Origin: Candidatus Moranella endobia PCIT | GTDB lineage: Bacteria > Pseudomonadota > Gammaproteobacteria > Enterobacterales > Enterobacteriaceae | Direction of reading: 5' to 3' | Assembly: GCF_000219175.1 (NCBI RefSeq) | Contig: NC_015735.1 | Coordinates: 150,001-182,000 of the forward strand | Length of the DNA: 32,000 bases | Shown here: positions 29,263-32,000 of the stretch, one piece after another | Position numbering within the stretch: the first letter of the stretch is position 1 | Layout of the letters: the number at the start of each line of letters is the position of its first letter | The notes under the pieces: generated by a model | The model's input: only the letters and a program-made list of their open reading frames with translations | Told to the model about the DNA's origin: nothing | The model's database searches: none | Translations under genes and position numbers: made by a program

Positions 29263-31818
29263 ATGAAAAGAATGTTAATTAACGCCACTCAACAGGAAGA
29301 ATTACGTGTTGCTTTGGTAGATGGCCAGCGTCTGTATGATCTTGATATTGAAAGTACGGGACATGAACAGAAAAAAGCCAATATTTACAAAGGTAAAATT
29401 ACACGAATTGAATCAAGTCTGGAAGCTGCATTTGTGAATTATGGTGCTGAACGCCATGGCTTTCTTCCTCTAAAAGAAATTTCCCAAGAATATTTTCCTC
29501 CACAATATTCTGCACACGGTCGACCAAACATCAAAGATGTACTACGTGAAGGTCAGGAAGTCATCGTGCAGGTTGGTAAAGAAGAACGGGGTAATAAGGG
29601 AGCAGCACTAACAACCTTTATCAGCTTAGCCGGCAGTTATTTGGTACTTATGCCTAATAATCCGCGCGCACGTGGGATTTCACGCCGCATTGAAGGAGAC
29701 TCTCGCATAGAGTTAAAAGAGGCACTATCATCATTAACACTTCCAGACGGCATGGGGCTTATTGTCCGCACTGCTGGTATTGGAAAATCAGCCGATGCGC
29801 TGCAATGGGATCTTACTTTTCGTTTAAAACACTGGCAGGTAATTAAACAAGCTGCCGAAAAACGCCCAGCTCCATTTTTGATTCACCAGGAGAGTAATGT
29901 TATTGCAAGAGCTTTTCGCGATTATTTACGACCTGATATTGGTGAAATACTAATCGACAATCCTAAGGTACTTAACATAGCAAAACAGCATATTGCGGCG
30001 CTTGGTCGCCCGGATCTTACCAATAAAATTAAACTTTACAGTGGTGAAATTTCTCTATTTAGCCACTACCAGATTGAATCACAGATTGAATCTGCTTTTC
30101 AGCGTGAAGTAAGGTTACCCTCAGGCGGATCAATTGTGATTGATACCACTGAGGCCCTTACTGCAATTGATATTAACTCTGCACGTTCCACCCGTGGCGT
30201 TGATATTGAAGAAACCGCTTTTAATACTAACCTAGAAGCTGCCGATGAGATCGCTCGTCAGCTACGCCTACGTGACCTAGGTGGTCTTATTGTAATTGAC
30301 TTCATTGATATGACTCCTGCATGTCATCAGCGCAAAGTAGAAAATTGCCTACGCGAATTAGTGTGTCAGGATCGTGCTCGGATTCAAATCGGACATATCT
30401 CCAATTTTGGTTTATTAGAACTCTCCCGTCAACGCCTGCGTCCATCGCTGGGTGAATCAAGTCATCACGTCTGCCCCCGTTGCAGTGGCACTGGTACCAT
30501 CCGTGATAACGAATCCCTTTCGCTTGCCATATTACGTCTTATTGAAGAAGAAGCACTGAAAGATAATACCCACGAAGTGCATGCAATAGTGCCAGTTCCT
30601 ATTGCTTCTTATTTGCTCAATGAAAAACGTGAAGCCGTATCTGCAATAGAGAAACGCCAAGGTGGTGTCAGAGCCATTATCGTCCCGAATGACCAAATGC
30701 ATACCCCTAATTACATGGTTTTACGTGTGCGTAAGGGCGAAGAAGCGTCTATTTTAAGCTATATGCTACCGCAATTACATGAAGCCGAGATGATACAGAC
30801 TGCTGAAGATTTTACTTCAGAGCGTAAGCGTGTAGAAAAAACAGCGCAGGCTGAGTTAGTCATGTCCGATCAATCGCTGGTGAATGAGCAGCTGCCATAC
30901 TCTGCAAATAAAGCCACTAAAGCTAATGCTGTCACTTTGCGGAACGTTGGTAATGCTCGCGGCCTTTTTGACCGTCTGGTTGCTAGCTTACAATCGATTA
31001 TTGGCATACCCATGCCACAACATCCTGAAAATAGTAACGTCGAAGCGTTAATAGCATCGTCTTCTGCAGAGTCAGCAACTAAGCGTAATAACGAACAGAT
31101 TCGTGCTGTGCAGAACAGTAGGCAAAATTGCCAAAATATTCGTGATTATAATCGTCAAAAGCGGAATAAGAACTACACCGAGATTGATAATTTTAACGAG
31201 ATAATTGACAAGAAGCAACATCAAGATCAGCTACAACAAAAACAACAACAAAAGCAACCTGGTAGTGAACCTGGTCAAGAAGATCGCAAACGACGACTCG
31301 TGCAGAAAATAGAAGCAATATCAACAAACACCGAGGTCATATCAGACAGTAACTATACTACCAGAGAAGCGGATAAACTGATTTATGACCAACCTCATCA
31401 TCAGCGTCGTACACTAACCAATCAAATTAGCGTAGTAGATCAGGTAAATATACTTCATGAATCTCAGATATTCGACAATTCGATCAATAATTTGACTGTA
31501 TTCAATGCGGTCAAAAAACAACATGATGATATCGAAAATTTTAATAATAATAAGAATACGATGCAAGATACGCAAGATATCAGCAATGCAAACAACAGTA
31601 GATTTGAAGACAACCAGACTAGCTTGCCACGTCGTTCTCGCCGGTCACCTCGTCATTTACGCGTTAGCGGTCAACGCCGTCGCCGTTATCGTTCCGGACG
31701 TTATCTAATTGCCTCACCGGTGGTAACGCTTACAAGTGCCGTAATATCTCCAGAAATAGCCTCGGGTAAAGTATGGGTGAGTTATCTTGAGCAAAAAAAA
31801 CCGGTGGTAAGAATATAA
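29263..31818 (+). CDS. rne: Ribonuclease E (851 aa, compared with 1061 aa in E. coli)
   Basis: The ATG at 29263 gives [31 protein letters not shown], identical in its first 31 residues to the E. coli Rne N-terminus (the listed 29257 start is a GTG). The catalytic half is highly conserved through the CPRCSGTG Zn-link. The C-terminal half is divergent and N/Q/K-rich, with conserved islands. Confidence 0.95.
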   Translation: MKRMLINATQQEELRVALVDGQRLYDLDIESTGHEQKKANIYKGKITRIESSLEAAFVNYGAERHGFLPLKEISQEYFPPQYSAHGRPNIKDVLREGQEVIVQVGKEERGNKGAALTTFISLAGSYLVLMPNNPRARGISRRIEGDSRIELKEALSSLTLPDGMGLIVRTAGIGKSADALQWDLTFRLKHWQVIKQAAEKRPAPFLIHQESNVIARAFRDYLRPDIGEILIDNPKVLNIAKQHIAALGRPDLTNKIKLYSGEISLFSHYQIESQIESAFQREVRLPSGGSIVIDTTEALTAIDINSARSTRGVDIEETAFNTNLEAADEIARQLRLRDLGGLIVIDFIDMTPACHQRKVENCLRELVCQDRARIQIGHISNFGLLELSRQRLRPSLGESSHHVCPRCSGTGTIRDNESLSLAILRLIEEEALKDNTHEVHAIVPVPIASYLLNEKREAVSAIEKRQGGVRAIIVPNDQMHTPNYMVLRVRKGEEASILSYMLPQLHEAEMIQTAEDFTSERKRVEKTAQAELVMSDQSLVNEQLPYSANKATKANAVTLRNVGNARGLFDRLVASLQSIIGIPMPQHPENSNVEALIASSSAESATKRNNEQIRAVQNSRQNCQNIRDYNRQKRNKNYTEIDNFNEIIDKKQHQDQLQQKQQQKQPGSEPGQEDRKRRLVQKIEAISTNTEVISDSNYTTREADKLIYDQPHHQRRTLTNQISVVDQVNILHESQIFDNSINNLTVFNAVKKQHDDIENFNNNKNTMQDTQDISNANNSRFEDNQTSLPRRSRRSPRHLRVSGQRRRRYRSGRYLIASPVVTLTSAVISPEIASGKVWVSYLEQKKPVVRI

Positions 31819-32000
31819 TTGTAACTACCGAGTAGTCACTACCAAATTGCCGACAAGATACTACTGTCAGTTGAACTGATGCGATTGATGAAAATATTCC
31901 AACGATAATATGTCACGCTAAGGGAAAATTAGCGTATGCTAATATAGCGTCAATATATATGACGATTACCAATAGATTTTCATGTTAAAATAATCAGCAA

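Noticed and set aside
1-32000. Apparent enrichment of DNA replication and repair genes (recB, holA, rnhA, dnaQ, ung, mutS, ycfH, holB) as a functional island
   Set aside because: Each gene sits within its own ancestral micro-synteny block (leuS-lptE-holA, rnhA/dnaQ, holB-ycfH). There are no shared regulatory motifs or operon logic. In a reduced genome information-processing genes are over-represented everywhere, so this is most likely coincidental.

Overview
This window is core housekeeping DNA from a reduced, moderately AT-rich Enterobacterales-type genome (about 40% GC by eye). It looks like a host-restricted or endosymbiont lineage undergoing gene decay. The proteins are colinear with E. 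coli orthologues. I call 22 apparently intact CDS: recB (partial, runs off the left edge and is missing from the ORF track), zwf, pykA, holA, lptE, leuS, rnhA, dnaQ, ung, accD, lipB, lipA, nusB, ribH, mutS, ycfH, holB, acpP, fabG, fabD, rluC and rne. I also call rpmF (56 aa, below the ORF-track cutoff) and three tRNAs: Ser-GGA, Arg-ACG and Ser-GCU. I see no transposases, phage genes, CRISPR arrays, toxin-antitoxin pairs or defence-like cassettes, and no evidence of a novel multi-gene system. The interesting signal is reductive evolution. (1) acpP carries an in-frame 66-bp tandem duplication of its helix-I codons. (2) The rpmF-plsX-fabHDG-acpP-fabF-pabC-mltG-tmk-holB cluster is eroded: fabH is a multiply disrupted pseudogene, plsX is gone, and fabF, pabC, mltG and tmk have collapsed to about 680 bp, while fabD, fabG and acpP stay intact. 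(3) nlpD and ribD are decayed and rpoS is missing between nlpD and mutS. (4) RNase E keeps its catalytic half and several short scaffold microdomains but ends before the PNPase-binding tail. (5) At least 10 ancestral synteny blocks are juxtaposed without mobile-element scars. Homology statements rest on my recall of E. coli sequences and by-eye alignment, and no database search was run.
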